From assembly GCA_019658995.1 (NCBI GenBank), contig JAIFWN010000001.1, positions 86,852-121,467 of the forward strand: DNA of 34,616 nucleotides. The letters run 5' to 3'. The notes below the pieces were generated by a model. That model was not told the DNA's origin and ran no database searches. It saw only the letters and a program-made list of their open reading frames with translations. Position 1 is the stretch's first letter; each line of letters starts with the position of its first letter. Positions 26,518 through 34,616 of the stretch are shown here, piece by piece. This stretch comes from Candidatus Parcubacteria bacterium (GTDB taxonomy: Bacteria; Patescibacteriota; Minisyncoccia; Phycocordibacterales; Zambryskibacteraceae). The translations under genes were made by a program, and so were the position numbers.

Positions 26518-26952
26518 ATGTTCATAGGCGAGTACGCACATACCGTCGACGAGAAAAGAAGAATCTCGTTGCCAGCCAAATTCCGCAAGGAGCTTGGATC
26601 TAAAGTAGTAGTCACTCGCGGCTTGGATAATTGTCTTTTCCTCTTTCCTCACAAAGCGTGGCAGGCGATTTCGGAAGAAACCGCCAAGCTCGGACTGATG
26701 CAGCATGATACCAGAGGCTTTACCCGCTTCATGTTCTCCGGGGCTTCCGAGATAGATGTCGACTCAATGGGCCGCATCCTCATCCCGGATTATCTCCGAG
26801 AGTTCGCAGGGGTGAAATCCTCGGCTATCTTCGCCGGAGTCCACAACCGCATCGAGATCTGGAATGAAAAGCGCTGGGAATCTTATAAAAAGAAGATCGA
26901 AGGCGAGGCCGAGGAGATGGCCGAGAAGCTCTCCTCGATAGGTCTCAGATAA
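26518..26952 (+). CDS. mraZ: transcriptional regulator MraZ
   Basis: MFIGEY.HTVDEK.R...PAKFR, DSMGRILIP and RIEIW. Confidence 0.97.
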   Translation: MFIGEYAHTVDEKRRISLPAKFRKELGSKVVVTRGLDNCLFLFPHKAWQAISEETAKLGLMQHDTRGFTRFMFSGASEIDVDSMGRILIPDYLREFAGVKSSAIFAGVHNRIEIWNEKRWESYKKKIEGEAEEMAEKLSSIGLR

Positions 26953-26957
26953 ACGAC

Positions 26958-27851
26958 ATGCGGCACGTACCTGTTCTTTTACACGAAGCGGTGGAAGCAC
27001 TCAATCTCCGCGATGGAGATATCTTCCTCGACGGCACTCTCGGAGGCGCCGGGCACTCCCTCCTCGTAGCCGAGAAATTCGGCGACGATGTGGAAATCAT
27101 AGGACTCGACCGCGATATCGAGGCGCTGGAACGTAGCGGGGAGAGGCTGCGTGAGCTTACCAAGTCGGCATACCTCAAGCTCGAGAGCTTCAGGAACCTC
27201 GATACGGTTCTAGAGTCTCTCGGCATAGAGAAAATCAATGCCGTGCTTCTCGATCTGGGAATTTCATCCGAACAGCTCGAGGAGTCCGGCAGGGGATTCA
27301 GTTTTCAGAAGGATGAGCCCCTGGAGATGACCATGGAGAAGGACAAGAAAGGCGTAACAGCCAAAGAGGTCCTGAACCATTGGGATGAGGATACGCTGGA
27401 ACTCGTTCTCCGGGGATTCGGAGAAGAAAAGTTCTCAAGACGTATAGCCGCAGAAATTGTGAGAAGGAGGGAAGAGAAGCCGTTTGAGACGACGGGCGAT
27501 CTCCTTGAAGCCGTGCGTCTTGCCACGCCGGCCTCTGCCAAACGCCATAAGATCCATCCGGCTACCCGAACTTTCCAGGCTATACGTATTGCCGTTAACG
27601 AGGAGCTGACCGCGCTCGAAGAGGGGCTGAAGAAGGCGTTTGAGGTTCTGGCCCCCAAGGGTAGGCTGGCGGTCATCTCCTTCCACTCCCTAGAAGACAG
27701 GATCGTCAAGAATTTCATGCGCGATCTTGCCAGAGAGGGAAGAGGGAAGCTCATTACAAAGAAGCCCATCACCCCGAGTGAGGAAGAGGTGAAAAATAAT
27801 CCGCGTTCGCGAAGCGCCAAGCTGAGAATTTTAGAAAAAAATGAAGACTAG
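26958..27851 (+). CDS. rsmH: 16S rRNA C1402 N4-methyltransferase
   Basis: HVPVLL.E, DGTLGGAGHS, DLGISS, HPATRTFQA.RIAVN and NPRSRSAKLR. Confidence 0.97.
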   Translation: MRHVPVLLHEAVEALNLRDGDIFLDGTLGGAGHSLLVAEKFGDDVEIIGLDRDIEALERSGERLRELTKSAYLKLESFRNLDTVLESLGIEKINAVLLDLGISSEQLEESGRGFSFQKDEPLEMTMEKDKKGVTAKEVLNHWDEDTLELVLRGFGEEKFSRRIAAEIVRRREEKPFETTGDLLEAVRLATPASAKRHKIHPATRTFQAIRIAVNEELTALEEGLKKAFEVLAPKGRLAVISFHSLEDRIVKNFMRDLAREGRGKLITKKPITPSEEEVKNNPRSRSAKLRILEKNED

Positions 27852-28161
27852 AATAAGCACATTTTCATACGAAGCAAGAGTCCGGGTATTCTGGACGTTG
27901 TCTGTAGTCGCAATAGCAGCTCTTTCACTGTATTTCTACGCGGTTTTAGCAACCATACATCACACGGTAGCCAGGGCGACGCTCGAAAACCAAAGTCTGG
28001 TTCTATCCGCACGAGTGAGTGAGCTCGAGTTTGAGAGCATAGCTCTCAAGAACACGGTAAACCTGGATGTAGCCATTAGGGAAGGCTTCACCGAGGTCAA
28101 GAATCCTCTATATGTCTCGAGATCCCGAGGTTCTCTCACGCTCAACACCGGAGGTCGCTAA
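27841..28161 (+). CDS. ftsL: FtsL-like cell division protein
   Basis: TM helix plus coiled coil, between rsmH and ftsI. Confidence 0.6.
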   Translation: MKTRISTFSYEARVRVFWTLSVVAIAALSLYFYAVLATIHHTVARATLENQSLVLSARVSELEFESIALKNTVNLDVAIREGFTEVKNPLYVSRSRGSLTLNTGGR

Positions 28162-28181
28162 TAGTGCGGTAAAATATATAA

Positions 28182-29933
28182 ATGAATTCACCAGGCCGAA
28201 TGCGTCTCCTCTCTATCGGGGTCATGCTCTTTGCATTACTCCTTATAGCCAAGCTCTATGAAGTACAGGTTCTGAAGGGGGAGATATACAGGGCCAAGGC
28301 CGATCATCAGTATGTGGAGGGAGGGAACTACTTCGACCGCGGCTCCATCTTCTTTACCGCCAAGGGCGGCTCGCATGTGCCGGCCGCGAGTGTCAAGACC
28401 GGCTTCATGCTCACTATCGACCCACAGCTTTTCAGGAAGATGGAGGCCGATAAGGAAGACATATATAAGCGCATCAATGCTGTTACTCCCATAGATAAAC
28501 TTGTCTGGGACACCAAGGCTTCTAAAGATTATGATCCGTACGAAGAGCTGGCCAAGCGTCTTTCCTCGGACGTAGCCAAGGGTATCCAGGCGCTCGGCAT
28601 TCCGGGCGTATCAGTATTTAAGGAAGACTGGCGTGTTTACCCGGGCGGCCCCATGGCCGCTCACGCAGTAGGCTTTGTCGGCTACGGCGGACCGGACGGT
28701 ACGGAGCTTGCCGGCCGCTACGGCCTCGAGCGATATTATGAAAATGTTTTAAAGCGGAGCGGCAACAAGGCTTTCGTCAACTTCTTTGCGGAGGTATTCT
28801 CCGATATTAAGAAGACCCTGACTCCGGGCGAGAGTCTCGAGGGGGATATTGTCACCACCATAGAACCATCGGTCGAGAGCATACTCGAGGAGGAACTCGA
28901 AAGGCTGCAGGGAAGATATCTTTCTGAATTTTCCGGCGGTATTATCATCGACCCTAAGACCGGAGAAATCTATGCCATGGCGCTTTCGCCGTCCTTCGAT
29001 CCGAATTCGCCCCAGTCCGCAGACTCTTCAGAAATATTCAGCAACAAGCTCGTTGAGGACCGGTACGAAATGGGATCGATCGTGAAGGCTCTTACGATGG
29101 CCGCCGGCCTGGACTCCGGCGCGGTATCGCGTAAGACCGTATACAACGACCCCGGCTGCCAGACTCTCGACAAAAAGACATTCTGCAACTATGACGGAGT
29201 GTCTCATGGTAATAATTTGCCAATGCAGGTGGTACTGAACAAGTCGCTCAACACCGGAGCGGCCTTCGTGGTTTCTAAAATGGGCAATGGCACTTTCCGC
29301 AAGTACATGCTCGATTACGGGCTGGGCGAGCTTACCGGTATCGATCTCCCCAACGAGGGTAAATCGCTCATTGCCAATCTATCGAGTCCGCGAGATCTTG
29401 AGTACGCCCAGGCCTCCTTCGGCCAGGGCGTAGCCTTCACACCGGTGCAGATGGTAAGAGCGCTCTCAGTTCTCGCCAACGGCGGTTATCTCATCACCCC
29501 TCATCTGGTGAAGAAAATCGAATATGAAATAGGCACCAGCAAAGAGATAAAACCGGAGAGGGGCGACCAGGTATTCAAGAAAGGCACTTCCGAGGAAATC
29601 TCACGCATGCTTACGGAGGTGGTCGATACAGCTCTCAAGGATGGCCATGTGCGCCTGTCAAACTACTCGGTAGCGGCGAAGACCGGCACCGCCCAGATTG
29701 CCAATCCGGCCGGGGGAGGGTATTATCCTGACCAATACTTACACTCCTTCTTCGGCTACTTCCCGAGCTATGATCCGCGCTTTCTCATCTTCCTCTATAC
29801 TTATTATCCGAAAGGTGTACAGTATGCATCCGAAACTCTTACCGACAGCTTCATTAATCTCACCAAGTTCCTCATCAGCTACTACAACATTGCTCCCGAC
29901 AGGCAAGCTCCCCCGCCTCCGATCGTCAAATAA
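28182..29933 (+). CDS. ftsI: septal peptidoglycan transpeptidase PBP3
   Basis: DRGSIF, RVYP, MGSIVK, SLN and KTGTAQ; dcw context. Confidence 0.9.
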   Translation: MNSPGRMRLLSIGVMLFALLLIAKLYEVQVLKGEIYRAKADHQYVEGGNYFDRGSIFFTAKGGSHVPAASVKTGFMLTIDPQLFRKMEADKEDIYKRINAVTPIDKLVWDTKASKDYDPYEELAKRLSSDVAKGIQALGIPGVSVFKEDWRVYPGGPMAAHAVGFVGYGGPDGTELAGRYGLERYYENVLKRSGNKAFVNFFAEVFSDIKKTLTPGESLEGDIVTTIEPSVESILEEELERLQGRYLSEFSGGIIIDPKTGEIYAMALSPSFDPNSPQSADSSEIFSNKLVEDRYEMGSIVKALTMAAGLDSGAVSRKTVYNDPGCQTLDKKTFCNYDGVSHGNNLPMQVVLNKSLNTGAAFVVSKMGNGTFRKYMLDYGLGELTGIDLPNEGKSLIANLSSPRDLEYAQASFGQGVAFTPVQMVRALSVLANGGYLITPHLVKKIEYEIGTSKEIKPERGDQVFKKGTSEEISRMLTEVVDTALKDGHVRLSNYSVAAKTGTAQIANPAGGGYYPDQYLHSFFGYFPSYDPRFLIFLYTYYPKGVQYASETLTDSFINLTKFLISYYNIAPDRQAPPPPIVK

Positions 29934-29936
29934 AGT

Positions 29937-31253
29937 ATGAGAGATATTTTCAGAAGAATAGTGGTCGTAATCCTGCAGTGGGAGGCCAAAGCGGTGTTGA
30001 AAAGGTACAAGCCTTCCATTATCGGCATTACCGGCACGGTTGGAAAAACATCTACCAAGGAAGCGGTTTATACAGCTCTGTCACAATTCGAAAGCGTCAG
30101 AAGAAGCCCCAAGAGTTTCAACAGCGACTTCGGCGTGCCTCTGGCTATCCTCGGACAGAAGGGGCCGGCTGATGTGACGGATATGGCTGGATGGCTGAAG
30201 GTTTTCCTCGAAGGTCTGATTGTACTTATCTTCCCCCACCATTATCCGAGATGGCTTATTCTTGAAATAGGTACGGACAGGCCGGGTGATATACGCGAGC
30301 TGACACAATGGATCAAGCCGGATGTGGTCATCGTTACCAAACTTGCCGAGGTTCCGGTGCATGTGGAGGCCTTCGGTTCTCCGGAGGACCTCTTTGCCGA
30401 GAAGGCGCACCTGGTGAAGGCTCTTAAGCCCGGCGGTACGCTTATACTCAATGCCGATGACAGCGATGTAGTAGCTTTCAGAAATTATTCGGAAGAGAGG
30501 GTGATCCTCTTCGGCAATTCGGCCGGCTCGGATGTCAGCGCCGCCAACTACAAAATTATTTATGATGATAAGAAGATTCCCAGAGGTGTACAGTTCGAAG
30601 TATTTACCGCCGGCCATGAATCCGAACCTGTAACCGTCGCCCTTTCCGGTACTCTCGGCGAGAGCCATGCCTATCACGTCCTGGCGGCGCTCTCGGTTAT
30701 AAAATTGCTTAACGAAAATATGGCCGCCGCCGCCAAGAGCTTTTCCCGCGAGAGCCCTCCGCCGGGCCGGGTGAGGATCATCGAGGGCCTCAAAGATTCC
30801 ATCATCATTGACGACACCTACAACTCTTCACCGGTAGCCGTGGAAGAAGCTCTGAAGATCCTGAAATCGGTCAGGTTGCCCGTGAGAGGAGGAAGGCGGA
30901 TCGCCATACTCGGCGACATGCTCGAACTCGGGCGTTACACCATAGATGCGCACAAAAATATCGGCAAGAAAGCTGCCAAGATAGCAGACTTGCTAGCCGT
31001 AGTCGGCATCCGCTCGCGCGCCACGGTTGAAGAAGCTCGGAGTGCCGGTCTCGGCGAATCGGAAGTGTTCCATTTTGACGACTCTATAGAAGCCGGGAAG
31101 TTCATGAAGGATCTGATAAAAAAAGGAGATATAATCTTAGTCAAAGGCTCCCAAGGCATGCGCATGGAGCGCGTAGTCGAAGAGCTTATGGCACACCCGG
31201 AAGACAAAGAAAAACTCCTGGTCCGCCAGGATGAGGAGTGGAGGAACAGATAG
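29937..31253 (+). CDS. murF: UDP-MurNAc-tripeptide--D-Ala-D-Ala ligase
   Basis: GITGTVGKTSTKE, IIDDTYNSSP, LGDMLELG and LVKGS. Confidence 0.95.
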   Translation: MRDIFRRIVVVILQWEAKAVLKRYKPSIIGITGTVGKTSTKEAVYTALSQFESVRRSPKSFNSDFGVPLAILGQKGPADVTDMAGWLKVFLEGLIVLIFPHHYPRWLILEIGTDRPGDIRELTQWIKPDVVIVTKLAEVPVHVEAFGSPEDLFAEKAHLVKALKPGGTLILNADDSDVVAFRNYSEERVILFGNSAGSDVSAANYKIIYDDKKIPRGVQFEVFTAGHESEPVTVALSGTLGESHAYHVLAALSVIKLLNENMAAAAKSFSRESPPPGRVRIIEGLKDSIIIDDTYNSSPVAVEEALKILKSVRLPVRGGRRIAILGDMLELGRYTIDAHKNIGKKAAKIADLLAVVGIRSRATVEEARSAGLGESEVFHFDDSIEAGKFMKDLIKKGDIILVKGSQGMRMERVVEELMAHPEDKEKLLVRQDEEWRNR

Positions 31254-31306
31254 TTGATTTTTGGTTTCAGAAATGGTGATATAGGCAAAGACAGAGAGGA
31301 GAGACC

Positions 31307-31726
31307 GTGACAATAGAGAAAAGCGGCAGGGAACTGCTCTTGGAAGCCGTGAGGAAGAAGGACGGCTCAGGAGTCTTCTATATCTACGGAAGCAACGAAG
31401 AGGAGAAGCGGAGGATCGTGAAGTTTGTCAGTCTCGAGGCCCCGGATGAGATGTGCCGAGATTTCAATTTCGCCGAGAGAGATGCTCGGGAGTTAAACGG
31501 CGAGCTCTTCGCCGAGCTTCTGTCCCAGCCGATTTATCTCGCAGGCCGCCGGGTAGTCATAATCCAGTGTGCCGATAAGCTCTCGGACGAGGCTCGTCAT
31601 GCTTGGGCGCGATTTCCTGAAGTTGCGATTGAAGAGGTATTGCTCCTCTTGGTCAATACTCCCCATACTGATCGTGACGAATCCCTCGCCAGGCTAGAGG
31701 GAATTGTTCTCGTAGAGTGCAAGTAA
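31307..31726 (+). CDS. stand-alone N-terminal domain of DNA polymerase III delta (HolA-like), 139 aa
   Basis: VFYIYGSNE, RDFNF, LLSQPIYLAGRRVVIIQCADKL match the HolA domain-I pattern; AGGAG SD and GTG start. Confidence 0.65.
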   Translation: MTIEKSGRELLLEAVRKKDGSGVFYIYGSNEEEKRRIVKFVSLEAPDEMCRDFNFAERDARELNGELFAELLSQPIYLAGRRVVIIQCADKLSDEARHAWARFPEVAIEEVLLLLVNTPHTDRDESLARLEGIVLVECK

Positions 31727-31748
31727 TCCCGCTTTGGCGGGATTTTTA
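31725..31748. terminator. terminator between convergent genes
   Basis: AATCCCGC-TTTG-GCGGGATT-TTT. Confidence 0.75.
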
Positions 31749-32084
31749 TTACCTTATGACAAACGAGGTGATGGTGTGGCCGGTCTGATCCGAGGAAGTG
31801 TAAGTGAAGTCGGCAGTGTATGCGTTGTGGCCGTCTTCATACGAGACTACGCCCTTGCCGTCGGCGGCAGTAATACTAGTGACGTAGAATTTTCCGCCTA
31901 ACTGCTCTTTGACAGGGGAGAGAGCGGAAATATTTTGAGTAATATAATTCTCGATAGACATGAGCTTGCCCTGCGAAGCAATATTTTCCTCCGGTACATT
32001 CAAGTGCACATTTGGCCACCACATATAGACAGCCGCGCCAATGGCGATGATCACTATAACAAGAAAAAGTATTGATTTATTCAT
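31749..32084 (-). CDS. membrane-anchored hypothetical protein
   Basis: TM helix, NISALSP...LGGKFYVT and YEDGH; TG-n-TATAAT 6 nt upstream. Confidence 0.75.
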   Translation of the reverse strand: MNKSILFLVIVIIAIGAAVYMWWPNVHLNVPEENIASQGKLMSIENYITQNISALSPVKEQLGGKFYVTSITAADGKGVVSYEDGHNAYTADFTYTSSDQTGHTITSFVIR

Positions 32085-32104
32085 GAGCTGATTATATCAA
32101 AGCC

Positions 32105-34616
32105 TGTGACCCAAGTGGGACAAAGTTGGAACCAGCTTGTAGGAGAACTTAGCGCCTGGTACCAACTTGGTCAAGACCTACAAGGATATTCAAATCATAG
32201 CCGAAAGATGGCCCTTCAGCCAGCTTAGCCGACTACCCAGTAGGATTAGAACATATAGGGTTATTATCGAGGCGTTGAGGCTTTTGAGGGTTTAAGGGGC
32301 TTGTAAGGACTCCAGAAACCTCTCCGTAGACTACTCGCTAAACCAAATGGCTGTGAATAATGATTTTATGGCTATAAATATGGCCTATCCAGAAGTTAAT
32401 AAACAAACGGCATCGAATAAAGCGAGTGATTTCGGTGGTAAATCCGAGCCTTATTAAGGGGTAGCTGTAAGCGATACAATCTGAGGGATTACTGCAGCGG
32501 CTGAAGCGAGCCTCTCTTCGTCGATCTTTACAACAAGCTCATCCAGTACGCTATAAACAGCTGGGAGATCTTTGCTATAGCTAGCTGTATAGTTTCCTGT
32601 CTCTACAACCTTTGCCTTAGAAGAAAGATCTAAGGCTTTAATAGCAGCCGAGTTACTCCTCCAGTATTCAGCCAATCTGATTCGATCAATCACTTTAGTA
32701 AACTCTGGAACATGAGGGGTATACTCTCGTCCCGTGACTGACGAGAAGCTAGTAGAAAGGTTCATGAGCAGATAATCCAATAAGTACTCATATCCTTCTG
32801 GTGAGGGACCAAAGCACTTATCAAAGAGGTAATCATTCATTGCTTCTGCAATACCACCGTCATCCTCGTTGCCGCTCTCATCATAATAACCACACCCAAT
32901 ACCGTGGCTAATGTCCGTATTCCCTAACTGATAAATGGTAAACGACTTAATCCTTGATTTAAGTTGTGCGAGTGATTTATCAGCGTCTTCTTGGCTAAGT
33001 TTGCCTGAAGCGATCTGTGCTTTTAAATAGTCAAAATAATCTCCACTTATATCCTCGAGAGTAAGATCGTCGACTATAGAAAAGAAGTTCATGTCGGTGG
33101 TTATATATCGGCTCTTGAATATACCAAACACACGCTGCGACATCTCCCTCATTTCTTCAATAACTATATTACGTGTTGAGCCTTCGGTTGGAGCGGATGG
33201 GCTACCATGTTTTGATAATGCGCGAGTAAGATTAAATATATCTCCGCCCCTATCAGCATTGCAGAATAATCTGAAGGCTATCAAATCATATAAACCCAAC
33301 ACCCCACGTTGCTCCTGACTAAGAATATCGAGAATCCCTTCACCACTATGCCTAGACTCTCCAAATATCCACTCTGCAATCTCTGCCACATTCTTTTCGA
33401 CATTATTCCTGTGCTGATCGTTCTCATCTGCCCAACCTGCAGTATCGAGAAGCTTTATTAGGAAGAAATCTAGATCATCTCTAAATCCAAGTCCAATCTT
33501 TTCGTTCGTAAACAGCGAGTAGCGTTGGATATTGTTAACTAAGTAAAGTATCAGTTTGCGGCCATAGCTCCCGCCCACATCATATAAGCTATTTACCAAC
33601 ACTCTCCAGAGTTGCTCCTGCGAGGATTCTCCCAGAGAAGTTGAAAACACTTCGTCTGATAAGACCTCTTCCATAGTTTTTCCTCCCACAATCTCATTCT
33701 TGGCTCTCAAGTAAAATCTGTGCTGATTTTGCTTCTGTGGCTTAGATAGATTAACAATGAGCTGGAGATAATCAGTCAGATTTTGACCACCTGCCCAAGG
33801 ACCCCCATTGAAACAAGCTAGCGTCCTCTTAACCTCTTCGGGCACATCATCAATCTTTACTGTTTCTATAGCCTTACCATCAACCTTTGCCTTAGGGAGG
33901 CGCTGCAAAACATTGAAAACTTTATCAACAAGAAACTTCGGGTTTGGTGTGAGTTTCTCAGCATACTCGGTATAGAGAGTAGAGTTTGCGTATAAACTAT
34001 CACTGAATCTATCTCGAGGTCCTCTAGTCCCAGGCGGATAGTTATCATCGTACGGTATCACTACTGAGAAAAAGCCTCTCTTACCATTGGTCTCTGTATC
34101 ATAGATCTTTCTAAAAACATTTGGATAGTTGATATAAATCAAAAGCAGATGGATAAGGTCCTTTTGATCAAAGTCACTGTTGTCAAAATCTGTCTTCTGA
34201 ACTTCGAGCAGCAGAAGGGTGTTTAGGAGTCTCTTGAGCTTTCTCACATCTCCAACGAATGGGAGATAGTTATGGTACTCATCGGAGTTAAGTATCTCGG
34301 TTAAGCCTCCCAAAGCCTTAGATACAAGAATGGGATCCGCCTCAGAGTTTCCATCTAAAGCTTTGCCAATATTCTCTGTTATGTATCTAACTAAAGTACT
34401 ACTTTCAAGATATAGGCTAGTCTTTACATTCACAAACTTCTCAAGAAACTCTGTGACCTTCTCGGTATTTGAGTCCTTGTCTTCTAAGGCCTTTATGTTG
34501 TCTGTGTCGTAGCAAAGCACATAAGAAATATTTGGCAGAAGGAAACTCTTTTTTATAACAAATAGAACGTCCTTGATAGCCTTAAAAGTTAGGCGGTCAA
34601 GATCATCCACTACTAT
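32105..34616. mobile_element. left end of an AT-richer genomic island
   Basis: Visible compositional shift after about 32100, an att-like scar at the border and KAP NTPase cargo. No integrase is present in the window. Confidence 0.5.
32454..34616 (-). CDS. KAP-family P-loop NTPase, 5' end outside window
   Basis: The frame is open to the window edge: IVVDDLDRL (Walker B), YVLCYD, FLEKFV and VRKLKRLLN, followed by a long helical C-terminal region. Confidence 0.88.
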   Translation of the reverse strand: MVVDDLDRLTFKAIKDVLFVIKKSFLLPNISYVLCYDTDNIKALEDKDSNTEKVTEFLEKFVNVKTSLYLESSTLVRYITENIGKALDGNSEADPILVSKALGGLTEILNSDEYHNYLPFVGDVRKLKRLLNTLLLLEVQKTDFDNSDFDQKDLIHLLLIYINYPNVFRKIYDTETNGKRGFFSVVIPYDDNYPPGTRGPRDRFSDSLYANSTLYTEYAEKLTPNPKFLVDKVFNVLQRLPKAKVDGKAIETVKIDDVPEEVKRTLACFNGGPWAGGQNLTDYLQLIVNLSKPQKQNQHRFYLRAKNEIVGGKTMEEVLSDEVFSTSLGESSQEQLWRVLVNSLYDVGGSYGRKLILYLVNNIQRYSLFTNEKIGLGFRDDLDFFLIKLLDTAGWADENDQHRNNVEKNVAEIAEWIFGESRHSGEGILDILSQEQRGVLGLYDLIAFRLFCNADRGGDIFNLTRALSKHGSPSAPTEGSTRNIVIEEMREMSQRVFGIFKSRYITTDMNFFSIVDDLTLEDISGDYFDYLKAQIASGKLSQEDADKSLAQLKSRIKSFTIYQLGNTDISHGIGCGYYDESGNEDDGGIAEAMNDYLFDKCFGPSPEGYEYLLDYLLMNLSTSFSSVTGREYTPHVPEFTKVIDRIRLAEYWRSNSAAIKALDLSSKAKVVETGNYTASYSKDLPAVYSVLDELVVKIDEERLASAAAVIPQIVSLTATP

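Noticed and set aside
1-34616. CRISPR array, rRNA, transposase or TGA recoding
   Set aside because: No regularly spaced repeats or such genes were seen. TGA ends conserved genes (mreC, mrdA) normally, and core ORFs are intact under code 11.

Overview
Bacterial chromosomal window whose gene content and compact layout fit a Patescibacteria (CPR, probably Parcubacteria) genome. That assignment is an inference; no marker-gene search was run. The backbone is dus (partial), dnaX, tRNA-Gln(TTG), a DEAD-box helicase, a class F sortase with a VPNTG substrate and an ECF sigma, LOG, FKBP, holB-like, frr, site-2 protease, proS, mreB-mreC-(mreD-like)-mrdA, greA, lysS and mraZ-rsmH-ftsL-ftsI-murF. An AT-richer island with a KAP-family NTPase is cut off at the right edge. 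The most striking pattern is two different expression grammars. Many genes appear leaderless: a -10 hexamer sits 5-7 nt before the ATG with no Shine-Dalgarno. About seven orphan one- or two-gene cassettes wedged between core genes instead carry a TTGAC(A/T)-type promoter, a structured or boxA-like leader, an SD and their own terminator. Several cassette products look like diderm or host-type proteins: an Ig-repeat lipoprotein, a probable beta-barrel, an HTH protein and a stand-alone clamp-binding domain of DNA polymerase III delta. Other signals are an unannotated 30-aa ORF plus structured RNA unit, a four-copy ECF promoter motif (TAAGA-N15-CGTY), and two related att-like scars at island borders.
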